A stretch of 63,479 nt of DNA, filler included, from Octopus bimaculoides (taxonomy: Eukaryota): assembly GCF_001194135.2 (NCBI RefSeq). It is 6 parts of 6 records of this genome, joined end to end, with 100 filler letters (N's around TTAATTAATTAA, not from the genome) between each part and the next. Parts side by side here need not be neighbours in the genome. Positions count along the whole stretch, not along the records: positions 1 to 15,685 come from NC_068983.1; positions 15,786 to 28,116 come from NC_068987.1; 4 more parts are not named here. The stretch is one strand, 5' to 3'. The translations under genes were made by a program, and so were the position numbers. Below the pieces are notes generated by a model. That model saw only the letters and a program-made list of their open reading frames with translations. It was not told the origin of the DNA and searched no databases. Shown here one piece after another: positions 13,491 through 26,619 of the stretch (position 1 is its first letter; the number at the start of each line of letters is the position of its first letter).

Positions 13491-14097
13491 NNNNNNNNNN
13501 NNNNNNNNNNNNNNNNNNNNNNNNNNNNNNNNNNNNNNNNNNNNNNNNNNNNNNNNNNNNNNNNNNNNNNNNNNNNNNNNNNNNNNNNNNNNNNNNNNNN
13601 NNNNNNNNNNNNNNNNNNNNNNNNNNNNNNNNNNNNNNNNNNNNNNNNNNNNNNNNNNNNNNNNNNNNNNNNNNNNNNNNNNNNNNNNNNNNNNNNNNNN
13701 NNNNNNNNNNNNNNNNNNNNNNNNNNNNNNNNNNNNNNNNNNNNNNNNNNNNNNNNNNNNNNNNNNNNNNNNNNNNNNNNNNNNNNNNNNNNNNNNNNNN
13801 NNNNNNNNNNNNNNNNNNNNNNNNNNNNNNNNNNNNNNNNNNNNNNNNNNNNNNNNNNNNNNNNNNNNNNNNNNNNNNNNNNNNNNNNNNNNNNNNNNNN
13901 NNNNNNNNNNNNNNNNNNNNNNNNNNNNNNNNNNNNNNNNNNNNNNNNNNNNNNNNNNNNNNNNNNNNNNNNNNNNNNNNNNNNNNNNNNNNNNNNNNNN
14001 NNNNNNNNNNNNNNNNNNNNNNNNNNNNNNNNNNNNNNNNNNNNNNNNNNNNNNNNNNNNNNNNNNNNNNNNNNNNNNNNNNNNNNNNNNNNNNNNN

Positions 14098-14134
<37 letters not shown>

Positions 14135-14143
14135 CATATACAT

Positions 14144-14301
14144 GACTGGTTTCTTTCAGTTTCCATCTACCAAATCCACTCACAAGGCTTTGGTTGTCCC
14201 GAGGCTATAGTTGAAGACACTTGCCCAAGGTGCCACGCAGTGGGACTGAACCCGGAACCATGTGGTTAGTAAGCAAGCTACTTACCACACAGCCACTCCT
14301 A
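14144..14301 (-). mobile_element. tRNA-derived SINE (family with gtcccactgcgtggcaccttgggcaag)
   Basis: A/B-box-like head on the minus strand. Related copies at ~14320-14440, 18296-18450, 21843-21980, 27186-27340, 39100-39262, 39308-39400 and 59360-59512. Confidence 0.85.
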
Positions 14302-14489
14302 TAAATATATATTAGGCTTCTTTTAGTTTTTGCCTACCATATTCACTGAGAAGGTTTTACCTAGCCTCGGGCTTGAAGCTATAATAAAAGACACTTGCCC
14401 AAGGTGTCACACAGTGGGATTGAACCTGAAATGTATAGCTATGCCTGTACCTATGACCATGCCTGTGCCTACACACACACATACATATG

Positions 14490-14960
14490 AGAGAGAGAAG
14501 CCTGGTGTATATACCATCAAGGGGGCCTTGAAATACCTTCTCCTTCTTGATGGTGAAGGTTTTGTCTCTATAGAGTAGAGTAGAATGTGCTCTATACACA
14601 CACTGAAGATGATCAGACATGTTGACTCTGAAATATTTGGATGCCAGATGTTGTAAAGCTTGTTACAGGCACTCCAGTCTTGTCCTTTAGATGTCGAGAA
14701 ATCTTTCTTACTGTCAGCAATGGAACTCTAAATCACAGATCTCTTTGAGTTGTGAACCAGCATTGGAACAATTTGGCAGGTGGCTTTTATTCTGACTGCT
14801 GGCTAAAACATCTCAGGATATGAACACAAGACCTAACTTATATGGATACATTCCACTCATCTTGACTGTTGTTGCTCAGTGCAGAGCAGCAATTGCTAGC
14901 CACTGCTATCATACACCAAGCCATATCAGATGATGCTATATTTTGGAATTTTCCAAACCC
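14490..14960 (-). mobile_element. Decayed RTE/RTEX-type LINE, region C-terminal to RT
   Basis: Broken frames read DWSACNKLYNIWHP...IEHILLYSIET...LDGIYTRLL, matching the AWxACNKLxxIW...VESVLLYGSETW...LDGxYTRLLR pattern of RTE-clade ORF2. Confidence 0.7.
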
Positions 14961-15258
14961 TAATAGAATACAAAGACTGCATTGACATTTTCAGAAGAGG
15001 CACACAACTAACTTGCTAATGTTTGTGTGAACAGAAATTCCTGGTATTGTATGGTGAAACACATAACAGTTGCAGCTACTTGAAGGAGAAAGGAGGAGGA
15101 GGAGGAGGAAGAAATGTATATTTACACACATGTGTGAGTCTATGGCTATGTGGATATATTCCTGTACATGCATGATTGTATGCATATCTGTGGAGAGATA
15201 TATCTGTATGTGTACATACGTATAGTTATCTATACATACATGTGTTTGTATGTGTATG

Positions 15259-15293
<35 letters not shown>

Positions 15294-15608
15294 ATTTATA
15301 TATATATATATTTATATATAGATAGATGATGATGATATATATATAATTTATAAACATATACATACAGCCATATGTTTGTTTAGATGAATGTATCCCCATG
15401 ATATATTTTGTCTTTAAATGCACTTTTAGTTTATAAATATATATTACCACACATGCATATATGTATATTTAAGAATCTGGGATTTTTCTACATATACACA
15501 CGCTATATTTGGTTCCATGTACATCTGTAGATTTTTTATGTAGTTGCATGTCTGTGTATGCATGCATTTATATAATGTATGCACATGGTCTTCACTCTGT
15601 ATATGTAT

Positions 15609-15685
<77 letters not shown>

Positions 15686-15786
15686 NNNNNNNNNNNNNNN
15701 NNNNNNNNNNNNNNNNNNNNNNNNNNNNNTTAATTAATTAANNNNNNNNNNNNNNNNNNNNNNNNNNNNNNNNNNNNNNNNNNNNT

Positions 15787-16158
15787 ATGGTGTCTTCCTT
15801 CAACTTTTTGGGAAGTTTACCATTTGCAAGGAAACTCTGGAAGAGTATCCGGAGTGGTCCTGCTAATTCTTGTTTACACGACTTTAAGAGGACAGCCGGG
15901 AAACCATCGGGGCCAGTTGCCGAATTTAAGCTCATTTCATTTATGGCAGCTATTACATCTTCCTCTTCAATGTCAATGTAGGTAATGGATGCAGTCTTTT
16001 TCTGCTGAGTGCTATTGTCAAAGAAATCAGCTGGGTTCTTTATCTGCATGTGACTCAGAGGAGAAGTGAAGATACTCTTGAATTGTGCACTGAGCACTTC
16101 ACTTATCCATGTGGGATCCGCAGTCAGTGAGCCATTAGGCAGGAATAGGGGTCCTATC
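15787..16158 (-). mobile_element. CR1/L2-group LINE ORF2 fragment (endonuclease-RT linker to start of RT)
   Basis: Open frame IGPLFLPNGSLTADPTWISEVLSAQFKSIF...AINEMSLNSATGPDGFPAVLLKSCKQELAGPLRILFQSFLANGKLP with the GPDG motif. Truncated by a gap. Confidence 0.85.
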
Positions 16159-16237
16159 TTATACTGTACTGTAGCAGTCTCTTTTCCAAATTATATATAT
16201 ATATATATTATATATATAATTATGTATGTATATATAG

Positions 16238-16274
<37 letters not shown>

Positions 16275-16578
16275 TTATGATGGTTGTCTTTTGTAGTCTG
16301 AGAAAGATGATTCAGCAGTTTCTCACTGAATGACCTGCACAAATGATTTGTTTATAGTGACCAAATATATGTGCTGTATATTAGCTCACATCCTCCATCA
16401 AATCAACACTTCCTAAACAGGTGAATGGTGTACCCATATGTTAAGTATCAAAGTGACTGCAGAGCAACATGAGATGAAGTGTTTTGCTCAAGAATACAAT
16501 GCACCACCCAGTCTAGGAAGTGAAACTATGACCTTACAATTGTGAATGCAACATGTTAACCACTAGGTCATGTGGCCT

Positions 16579-16625
<47 letters not shown>

Positions 16626-16971
16626 TAAATATGTATATATGTATGTATGTATGTGAGTGTGTGTGTGGTAGGCATACACACACACACACACACTGATGTA
16701 CATATGTTTACATGAAAATCACTTAGATAATCTTGACTGGTTTAAGTTTAGCTCACCTTGTGCAGTTTACTGTAAGCTGTCAAATAATCAATACAACACA
16801 ACTTACAGTTACAGGTAAATGTGTTAATTACAGTTTAAGGTAATATATTTTCACGTGGCCAGTTATTACACTTTAACAGCAACTGTTACCCAGTGTGTTT
16901 CAATGGACAAAAGTCTAAGTGTGAAACCATGTACTTACTGATCATTGTTTTTATAAGATTCTACATTCAGT

Positions 16972-17356
16972 AGGAGGCGCAATGGCCCAGTGGTTAGGGC
17001 AGTGGACTCGCGGTCATAGGAGTGCGGTTTCGATTCCCAGACCGGGCGTTGTGAGTGTTTATTGAGCGAAAACACCTAAAGCTCCACGAGGCTCCGGTAG
17101 GGGATGGTGGTGAACCCTGCTGTACTCTTTCACCACAACTTTCTCTCACTCTTACTTCCTGTTTCTGTTGTACCTGTAATTCAAAGGGTCAGCCTTGTCA
17201 CACTCTGTGTCACGCTGAATATCCCAGAGAACTACGTTAAGGGTACACGTGTCTGTGGAGTGCTCAGCCACTTGCACGTTAATTTCACGAGCAGGCTGTT
17301 CCGTTGATCGGATCAACTGGAACCCTCGTTGTCGTAAGCGACAGAGTGCCAACAAC
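16972..17356 (+). mobile_element. Full-length tRNA-derived SINE (family with gtacctgtaattcaaagggtcagcc core)
   Basis: A box tggcccagtgg and B box ggtttcgattccc. The core and 3' part are shared with copies at 33316-33620 (-) and 59015-59332 (+). Confidence 0.85.
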
Positions 17357-20300
17357 ATTCATTTATGGTTATAAAGTAGAGAACATCTCTATTCCTTCAG
17401 ACATTTCATGTTTCAAATACAATCTTGAAAATTCTGTAAAATGGTGGTATTATGAGGGTGGATAGAAAGATGACAATTAGAGTTTGTGTCTTAATATTCT
17501 GTCCTCAGTTGACACAGATACACTTCTTTAATACCCTCTATATGTCTTTACTTTAACCCTTTTACTGCAGTAATCATGTACATCAGCTCAAAACTTCATA
17601 ACCCTTAACTATGGAAAGCAGTTTTATATACCAGTCTATCTTCTGTTGAGGAATGACATGTTTGAAACTATTTTTCGTTGAAATATGTCAAGTTTATTGA
17701 GGCAATGAGTTTTGCAGAAAATACCAAATTTACTTTTTGGTAGATATGTATTAACATCATTACTGGAATAATCATGGAATTTAATTTTGCAGTGAAAGAG
17801 TTAATACTAACACCACATGCTTATGCAACACCTATATTTCTAACTATCAAAAAGTGCTGTAAGATATGGCAAGCTGCTAAGAAACTTACCATACTCTCCT
17901 GTATGCTACTCCCTGATGCACCATTTCATTCTACTTACATTGTCAGAATGAAAATCACATAAAACCCCAAGGCTTCTGTTTATCTTAAATAAGTAATTGA
18001 TTTAAAAATCAGGGGGCAAAGTAGTCCAACAGAGTTTCCTACATGAAAATGGTCTTATTGTCAACTATAACTTACATGATTAGTTGTGAAATAAATTATC
18101 TCAGCATGGAATGACTATGAAAGGTTCAAAGCTTCTAGAAACATTCATTTATTCAAATCTTACTACAACCATCTTGTTGTACCTCCAGTCCAGACTCCAT
18201 TCTTGCCATCACAAAGGAATGTAAGTAAAAACCACTAAAAAGCAATTGGTGTGTTTCATACTGAACTGATTAGCTGTGATAGCACTTACAAAAAGAGGTG
18301 CATGCATGGTTGTATGGTTAAAAGGTTTGCTTCCCACAAGTTCAGTCCCACTGCATGGCACTTTGAGCAAGTGTCTTCTACTACAACCCAGAGCCAAACA
18401 AAGCCATGTGAAAGGATTTGGTAGATGGAAAATGAAAGAAGCCCATTGTATGTAAATATGTATACATGTATATGTATCAGGTTTTTGTGCTACATATAAT
18501 ATGCAACTCAATACAACCTGTTGCGTGGTTGACCATCGATGACTAAACTGGTAATCCTACCCTCTCTACTTAATAAGAAGGATGGCTTCATTGGACACCC
18601 TGCAGAGTGCAAAATAAAACCTGTCAGAAGACAAGTAAGCTCAGTAGAGTCAACAGCCATCCAACAGCTGAGAGTGAAAGACCTCTGGTCTTTGTTCAGA
18701 CATCTCATAGATCTTGCTCTTGTTTGTTCCTGGACTATTTGGCTTTGTAGGTGAGAATCTAAGTAGTGTTGTGAAAGCTGTTATTGAATTTTCATCACAG
18801 GCACTGCTGACAGACATTGTTGTTAACATCAAGGATAAGACAATCTGTCAACAATGGTCATATTTATCTATGAGTTTTCAGTCACCATGTATATATATAT
18901 TTATAAGCATATGGTATGTACATGGGTTTGTGCTTCCTTGCTTTGATATAATGTAATAGCTGTAAGCAAGTGTCACTGTCATACAAGTGATGTCTTTCAT
19001 TTCCAATCTTCTGTAGAAAGATGTTTGACCATGGGGAAATATTACTTTACTTGGAAACAGGTGGTGGTTGATGACAGAAATGGCTTACAGCTGTAGGAAA
19101 TCTGCCTCAACAAATTCCATCTGACCTATGGCCTATGTAAGCATGGAAAAGTGAACATAAAAAAACAATGATGATGTAAACTGGACAATTTCAGAGTAAA
19201 CTGTCAAGGCTCAGCTATATGTAATTAAGTGGCCATTGTTAATTTGATACAACTCATCAATGTATTCATCATCTACAATAAAATATGCATCATTGACCCT
19301 CCAAGGCCCTAATTACTTGACAAACTGATTACTCATCAACATTCACATCATCATCTCTCATTCACCTTCCAAGCTGGAATGGGATTTTGGAAAGTTTGTC
19401 ATGGTTCGACTCATTTCATATTGAATGTTGTTGCTTTTCATTGAGTAATGATTGCATTAATATCATTTGGCTTAGTTTCTATGACTAGATGCTCTTCCTG
19501 TTGCCAACCATGTTACAGAGTATACTGGATGTAGGACCTCAGAATCCTGTGCATTCTAAGCTCATCTGGCCACCATTTATCAGGGTGTATTGGGCACATT
19601 TTGTAGCACCAGCACTAGAGATATCGTTTTGCACACCCATCACTCTGAGAGAGTACACATTTTTGGCATTCTGTTGTGACACCAGTACAGGACGGGGTTC
19701 TTATGTTCAAAGGACAATGTAGAAAGTACTCAAAGAGCTAAGATATGTAGGCCAGAGATGGGAAATAGTTGGGGAGAATGGAAAATAGTTGTGGCCTGTG
19801 AGAGTTTCTAAATGACACAACTAATGAAAAATTACCTTATTTTTTCAGTAGTGTGGCCTGCGTGATGATGAGTTATGTCTCCTGTGACCCACTTCTTGAA
19901 AAAGGTTGCCCATGCCTGACCTAGAGCATGTACGTTTGCTCAAGTGATCAAGGAGCTAATTAGAAGAGAGAGCTGATTAATAGCAGTGATGAATACTTGT
20001 AGCGAGGTCCAAAAGCACTGGGGCTAATTTAAGCTGTATTTTTCAGATTAATATCTGATACCTTCTTTTTTTAGAAACATTGACAAAAAAAATAAAATAG
20101 TCCCTAAAATAGATGATACTACAAGTTGCCACCATAGAAGTTGTTGGGGTTGCTTAATGGAAGATTATGAATGAAAGCATATCAAAGGAGGACTTCATTG
20201 CTATTTTTTTGTAATTTCTTGTTTTATTATCTTCTATAGTGACCTTTCCTTGAGGGTAGATATAACATTCAGTGTTACATAACATCTAATGTTATGGACA

Positions 20301-20976
20301 GGGTGAATATGTGGGTTCATGAACTTTCTAGAATAAGGCTTATCTTCCATTGGAAGGATTATAAACCTTTTAGCACTATCATAAAAACACCAACTTCTGA
20401 ACACTAAAGTTGAGCAATGTTGAATCTAGTTAGTATGCAGATAGGTTTCCATTCAGGAAACCCAGGTGTTGCAAGGATCTTTTTTGTGTTTTTGCTATAT
20501 TTACAAACAATAACAATAAATCTCAGTTTAACTGAAAGATCGAACAATAAATATTGGTTTTGTCATAATCATTTCCCATCTTACCAACAATACTCCCAAT
20601 ATCATTGTCATCTGCAGACAGAATTGAAGGAGAACTATCCTTTTTCATTGAACTCTACTCAATGGACAACTATAGGCATTATCAGAAGTCCATTTCAAAC
20701 CTTTTTCTCAGTATTATAAATGTTTCTATTGCTAACCTTGGAAAGGTTTTGCCAGTCATTGGTTAGATTTAAACTCAGTGTCTCAGTATCACAAAGTGTT
20801 GCTGTTGTTAAGTAGTAGCAGATTTAAGACATGCATATAACTAATCAGATACTTAAAAGCTACCTCATAAGGGTTGTAACATATAAACTGGTTTGATGCT
20901 TTGTGCAGTGCCACCTTGTTGCACCTTAAAGATGATCCGTTTGTTTTGGTAATTGGGATAATTAAAAGGAACTTAC

Positions 20977-21084
20977 CGATAATAACATGCATTCCCAGAC
21001 TACAAAGAGTCTTTGTGGTGTAGTAGCCAATGCCTGTGGTTCCCCCAGTGACAATAGCAACTCTTCCATGTTGTGGGGGCAAAG
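20977..21084 (-). CDS. DHRSX: SDR dehydrogenase, DHRSX-like, coding exon 2 (108 nt, phase 1-1)
   Basis: ttccag acceptor and gtaagt donor. Encodes (A)LPPQHGRVAIVTGGTTGIGYYTTKTLCSLGMHVII(G), with the Rossmann TGxxxGIG motif. It closely resembles the DHRSX N-terminus as I recall it (RVAIVTGGTDGIG...LGMHVII). Orthology versus RDH12-14-like SDRs is not tested. Confidence 0.85.
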
Positions 21085-22246
21085 CTGGAAAGTAGATCAA
21101 ATTCATTTAATTAGTATCTATAAAAATGACTGAAAAAGAAATATCTATAATGTCATTTATAGTTATTATTCTCTTTATTACTTTTATTATCATATTTTCT
21201 AATATAGGCACAAGGCCTGAAATTTTTTTAGGAGAGGGAGCTAGTTGATTACATTAACCCAAGTACTCAAGTGGTACTTTTTCACTGTGCCGAAAGGAAG
21301 AAAAACAAAGTCAACCTGGTGGAATTTGAACTCAGAACAAAGACAAACAAAATGCCACTAAACGTTAACCAACTCGCCACCTTAAAAAGTGAAAAGTTAG
21401 AAGAAATGCTATTTAACATTTTGTATGGAGTGTTATAATTCTGCCTGCTTGCCATTCTTACAATCATTATCATAATAATTATCAATATTATTGTAATTGT
21501 GTGTCCATAAAAAGAATTGTTTTGGTAATCATCCTGGATGTAAATTGCTTAAGTGAAGACAGGAAGCTGATAAAATGCCTGTAGTGAGAGACATAGCAAA
21601 AGCAATATTAAACATGGGATAAGATAGTAACCATGCCCACACACAAATAAATAACTTAGATATGTTTTGGCCAAAGATTGGCCCAGGCCATGTCTAACTT
21701 AATAGCACCACCTGATAGGACCTGTTAAGTCATTTTTAAGTCACGTTTTGTGTTATCATGGCCCATTCAAGTTGTTGTTGACTAAGATGTACCCAGTGAT
21801 GATGGGAGGACAAGCACAGATACACACACATCTATATATATGACTGGCTTCTTTCAGTTTCCATCAACCATATCTATTCACAAGGCCTTGGTTGGCCTGA
21901 GACTATAGTAAAAGACGCTTGCCCAAGGTGCCATGCAGTGGGACTGAACCCAGAACCATGTTGGGAAGCAAGATTCTTGCACCTAATAACAACTTTTTTT
22001 CCTAATAATTGTACCCACTTTTATAGATGGTGTGATTGATTAAATCAAGCACGGTATAGTATGAGTTAGTTAGCTCTATCAACACTAGGATTTGGGGAGC
22101 TAAATTCATTCCTGGTTACTTTGGACTTTAAATGCAAAGACAAACTAAATGCTACTTTGAGACTAAGTTGGTTCGGCACATCACTGTTTCTTTTAACAAA
22201 CCACTTTTACCAGAAGTGGGGACTTAATAATTAAGATAGTTTGGCA

Positions 22247-22352
22247 GAATTCTGGTTTAAGCACCCCATGTAACCTCTCAACTTTTTTATGTTTTGGTAT
22301 TTTCAAGAAAGTTTTATGACCTTGTGTTCTACACACGGAATTCATACAATTA

Positions 22353-22387
<35 letters not shown>

Positions 22388-23765
22388 NNNNNNNNNNNNN
22401 NNNNNNNNNNNNNNNNNNNNNNNNNNNNNNNNNNNNNNNNNNNNNNNNNNNNNNNNNNNNNNNNNNNNNNNNNNNNNNNNNNNNNNNNNNNNNNNNNNNN
22501 NNNNNNNNNNNNNNNNNNNNNNNNNNNNNNNNNNNNNNNNNNNNNNNNNNNNNNNNNNNNNNNNNNNNNNNNNNNNNNNNNNNNNNNNNNNNNNNNNNNN
22601 NNNNNNNNNNNNNNNNNNNNNNNNNNNNNNNNNNNNNNNNNNNNNNNNNNNNNNNNNNNNNNNNNNNNNNNNNNNNNNNNNNNNNNNNNNNNNNNNNNNN
22701 NNNNNNNNNNNNNNNNNNNNNNNNNNNNNNNNNNNNNNNNNNNNNNNNNNNNNNNNNNNNNNNNNNNNNNNNNNNNNNNNNNNNNNNNNNNNNNNNNNNN
22801 NNNNNNNNNNNNNNNNNNNNNNNNNNNNNNNNNNNNNNNNNNNNNNNNNNNNNNNNNNNNNNNNNNNNNNNNNNNNNNNNNNNNNNNNNNNNNNNNNNNN
22901 NNNNNNNNNNNNNNNNNNNNNNNNNNNNNNNNNNNNNNNNNNNNNNNNNNNNNNNNNNNNNNNNNNNNNNNNNNNNNNNNNNNNNNNNNNNNNNNNNNNN
23001 NNNNNNNNNNNNNNNNNNNNNNNNNNNNNNNNAATATTTCTTCAAATTTAGGAAAAAACTTCCCTTGGCATTATTACTAGGCTACATAGGCCTCTCGCAG
23101 GTTACGAAGCTCTTGAATTTTGTTATTAATCAGTATGTAATCACTGAAAATTAAATTAAAAGCGCGTATTTCTGCAACTGTAAAAGCATTTAAGATTAAT
23201 ACTAATCAAATTTTAAATAAAACGCCAAAGCACATAACTAAGAAAATCACAGGGGTGTATATTCTGGGTGTGCGCTGCACACCCATCGAAAATGGCAAAT
23301 TTATTATAAATATTAACTTTACTCATTAATTTAATCACAAATCATAATGAAAAACTTTTGTTATACTTCTGCTTGAAATTTGGTGGCAGGTATCCTGAAA
23401 TACACTGCACATCTCATAGCGCGTTCGAGTATATATGAGAATTTCAATGTCGAAGGGTATGTGATAGCTTTGACAGCACTGTCGCATCTTCGTTTTTGTG
23501 GCAAGAAGTTGTACGTTTAAATTAATTTAAAACTAATTGTTTTTACAATATTTTTTTCTAACAATATTATCATATAATTTTGATCTTAATTTGTTTTCAA
23601 ACTAATAAATCACTTTTAGAAGTCAGAAACAAAACTTAAGTCAGGTCACTATACAGCACAACTTTTCAGAATTCGACCTGACTTAAGTTTAAAAAAAATT
23701 AATTAATTAATTGATAAATAAAAAAAAGTTGTGAGGGGTTATATGGGGTGCTTAAACTAGAATTC
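22247..23765. mobile_element. ~1.5 kb non-autonomous DNA-transposon-like element with ~45-bp terminal inverted repeats (spans a gap)
   Basis: Left end gaattctggtttaagcaccccatgtaacctctcaacttttttat; the right end reverse-complements to gaattctagtttaagcaccccatataacccctcacaactttttttta. No clear TSD. Confidence 0.65.
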
Positions 23766-24597
23766 CGTTAATAGTTTCACATTGAGACCATATAAATTTG
23801 TAAAAGAAAACAAAAATTCGATGTCGGCTAATTATATTTGTCCCTGGAAGTGAGAGCTCATCAGAACCTTGCCAAACAGCCCCTGTCTAGATCTGTACAT
23901 TTAAAAATAAAATGCCCAAATTCTTATATAATCAGAATCAACACAATCTGAAATGTATTTGTAGCAAATTTCATTAAAAAAATGCCCATTTTCTGAAACT
24001 TATGAGGAAACATAACTGTAGAAGGAAAGTCAAATGTAGGCACGCTGCTGGTATACCTATCTATACAAACGTGCTCCTCGCCCAAGATTTTGTTTCCTCA
24101 TAATATTCAGAAATATGGGTACTTTTTCATGAAATTGCCCATAAATACCTTTCAGACAGTGTAGATTACGATTATATCAGAATTTAGAGTGAATATAATT
24201 TTTAAAAAAATGGTTGGCGCTCTCACATACATATTGAAACACATCACATGTATACAAAATAAAACTTCAAACTTTGAAACAATTGTGTTATGTGTCAATG
24301 TATGTGTGCATCCAGCATTTTTATCCTTTTTTTTCACATTAAATTCCGATATAATAACAATCTACACCACCTGGAAAATATTTGTAAAAAGTTTCGTTTA
24401 AACTATATCCATTTTTCTGAAAGTTATGAGAAAACAAATGTTCGGGAGCTGGGGTCCAATTGTGGGCGGAGGTAAATTATACGTACACTACTCGTTTTCG
24501 GCCTAACAAAAACGCTAACCCTAAACACCAGGTGTAAATATTCTTTACTTTCGCTCAATTGTGTAGGGTATGTCGCGAAGATTTATGTAGTAACTCA

Positions 24598-24668
24598 GGC
24601 ACTATCATGCTATTAGCTGTCAGAAAGTGAGCACTTTCACTTCTGACAGCTAATAGCATGATAGTGCC
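24598..24668. repeat. Near-perfect 71-bp palindrome (28-bp perfect arms)
   Basis: ggcactatcatgctattagctgtcagaa (24598-24625) pairs perfectly with 24641-24668. Confidence 0.9.
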
Positions 24669-25440
24669 GTAACTCAATCTTTGGCATAACTATAAAAGTG
24701 ATCATCCTTACATCGTGCTTTACTACCAGAAGAGAAGAAATTTTTTTTAAATAAGACAGGTTGGACATGACTAAAACGGCTTTGACCATAGATATGCGTT
24801 ATCAAAAGTTATACAAGTTGTACAATCACCACTAGAATGAACCGAACGTTGGTGAAGTTAAATTCTTCTTGGTTGACTAGAGGTAAATATATTAAAAGAA
24901 AGTATGAAAAATAAAAGTAATTTGTTTCTAGCATATTACTAAGCCACAGCCAAAATATTCGGCTACGATAAGTTCGAGAACAAGAGATGCAAACGCACCC
25001 GCTAAAATTTTGGTGGGACAATTAAAACGTTTTGAACATCCTCCTGAAAAACTTCATCGCCAAAACGAACGAGCGTAGAAACGTTTTTGGACTGATTTAA
25101 GACTTACTGTTGAATTTAACTGATCTGATTGATGTACAATTATAATTAATTATTATTACATCTGTATTTGTTTTGATATTAAGATTGAAAAAAAATCGAT
25201 CTTGTTTGTAAAAAAGTTTGGAGCTGGGTTTGCACCCATTTAGCAAATTTCGTTCCCGCACTTACAGCTTATTGATATAATTATTACTCATGTTATCGAC
25301 ACTGGAAGGCTAGGTACAGTCAACCACGCTGGGATTTGAATTCACAACGTTAAGAGGCGTGACTAAATACGGTACGACTTTATTCACCCACCGATTATGC
25401 CATCCACTGAAAAGAAAAACATAAATGTTTTGCATCAAAC

Positions 25441-25555
25441 CTGATGGTTTCTTGCGTTCATTGGTAACATCCTGGAATAAAGATCGCACTCCGATATAAT
25501 AAAGTAACATAAAATTCCATACGATCCATAACCAGTCCAATAGCATTTGCCACAT
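25441..25555 (-). CDS. DHRSX: DHRSX-like coding exon 1 (ATG, hydrophobic N-terminus; 115 nt, phase 1)
   Basis: MWQMLLDWLWIVWNFMLLYYIGVRSLFQDVTNERKKPS+G, then gtttga donor. The phase joins exon 2 in frame (G+CT = Ala). The hydrophobic leader is consistent with a membrane-anchored SDR. Confidence 0.75.
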
Positions 25556-26150
25556 GGCTGTTTCGAATTCTCTTTAAAAATGACAACAAAAAATATTTGT
25601 TTTTGAGACTGCACCGGTAGCAAGGAGTAAACCGGCGACAAGCCGAATTGATACTGTCTATCTACTCAACGAGTAATTTAATCAATAATTAGTAAGCGAA
25701 GTGGTTTCGTTTAGTGTTGTTGCCATAGTTACGTAAATTAAGACGTGACGTTCTATTGCAGATTCAGAATAGATTCTGTTTAATTAATCATTTTACGAAT
25801 AAACTAAGATTATTCAAAGAACATACTTCTATATTTAGAATAAACACGTGGATACTGGATAAGAAACAGACAAACGCAAAGAAAACAACATATATATACG
25901 TTGACTGATTATATACAACCGAATATGTAGTGTAACGAAGTTATTTCCCGTACTCTGAAGAAACAACTACGTATATACATTTTTGATAGCCCCAAAAGGT
26001 GCAGTGAGATCTCAAACAAACTGTTTACTTATGTAACAGATGCACAGAAGTAATTTGTAAGAATACCAAATCATTTATCCGACCAGAAGATTCACTAAAA
26101 GTAGTTATGGTGTCAAGGGGGTAACTCAATATTACTTGTAATAGGACATT
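25556..26150 (-). promoter_or_regulatory. Probable 5'UTR/promoter region of the DHRSX-like gene
   Basis: Non-repetitive, CpG-retaining sequence immediately upstream of the exon 1 ATG. No specific motif assigned. Confidence 0.35.
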
Positions 26151-26619
26151 AGCGCAGATAAATATACATAACACATACACGCGCACGCGCGTGTGTGTAT
26201 GTGTTATGTAAGTCTATATGTGAGCGTTGTGTGTGTGTGTGTGTGTGTGTGCATATGTATGTATGTATTTGTATGTATGTGTGTATTTGTGTATATTTGT
26301 GTGTGTGTGTGGTTGTCTGTATTTGTGAGTGTGCTTATTTGTGTGTGTTTTCAACATTTAACGTCGTCCTAGATTATGACATTAAGAGTGACTTCAGGTT
26401 GATAACTAGTCCTACGAACATGTACATATGAAGGCTATTGGTAGATCATTTCAGTGACACGCAGCAATCCGATATAAATGCAATAGATCAGATATTATTC
26501 TGAGACGAAGCAAAAATCATGTGCTGCAGTCGAGATCAGCTCCTCGCTGGATGCGAATATCTTATCATCAAATTGGGCAAAGGAGAATATCTATAGAGAA
26601 ATAACAGGAAATTTGCAGC

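Noticed and set aside
18500-18850. Complex sequence that might be an old LINE remnant
   Set aside because: No convincing motif in any frame; left unannotated.
6733-20426. Several acceptor/donor pairs tested as DHRSX exon 3 (6733-6792, 16757-16776, 17890-17930, 20367-20425)
   Set aside because: They contain stops in the required phase, have the wrong phase, or show no SDR similarity.
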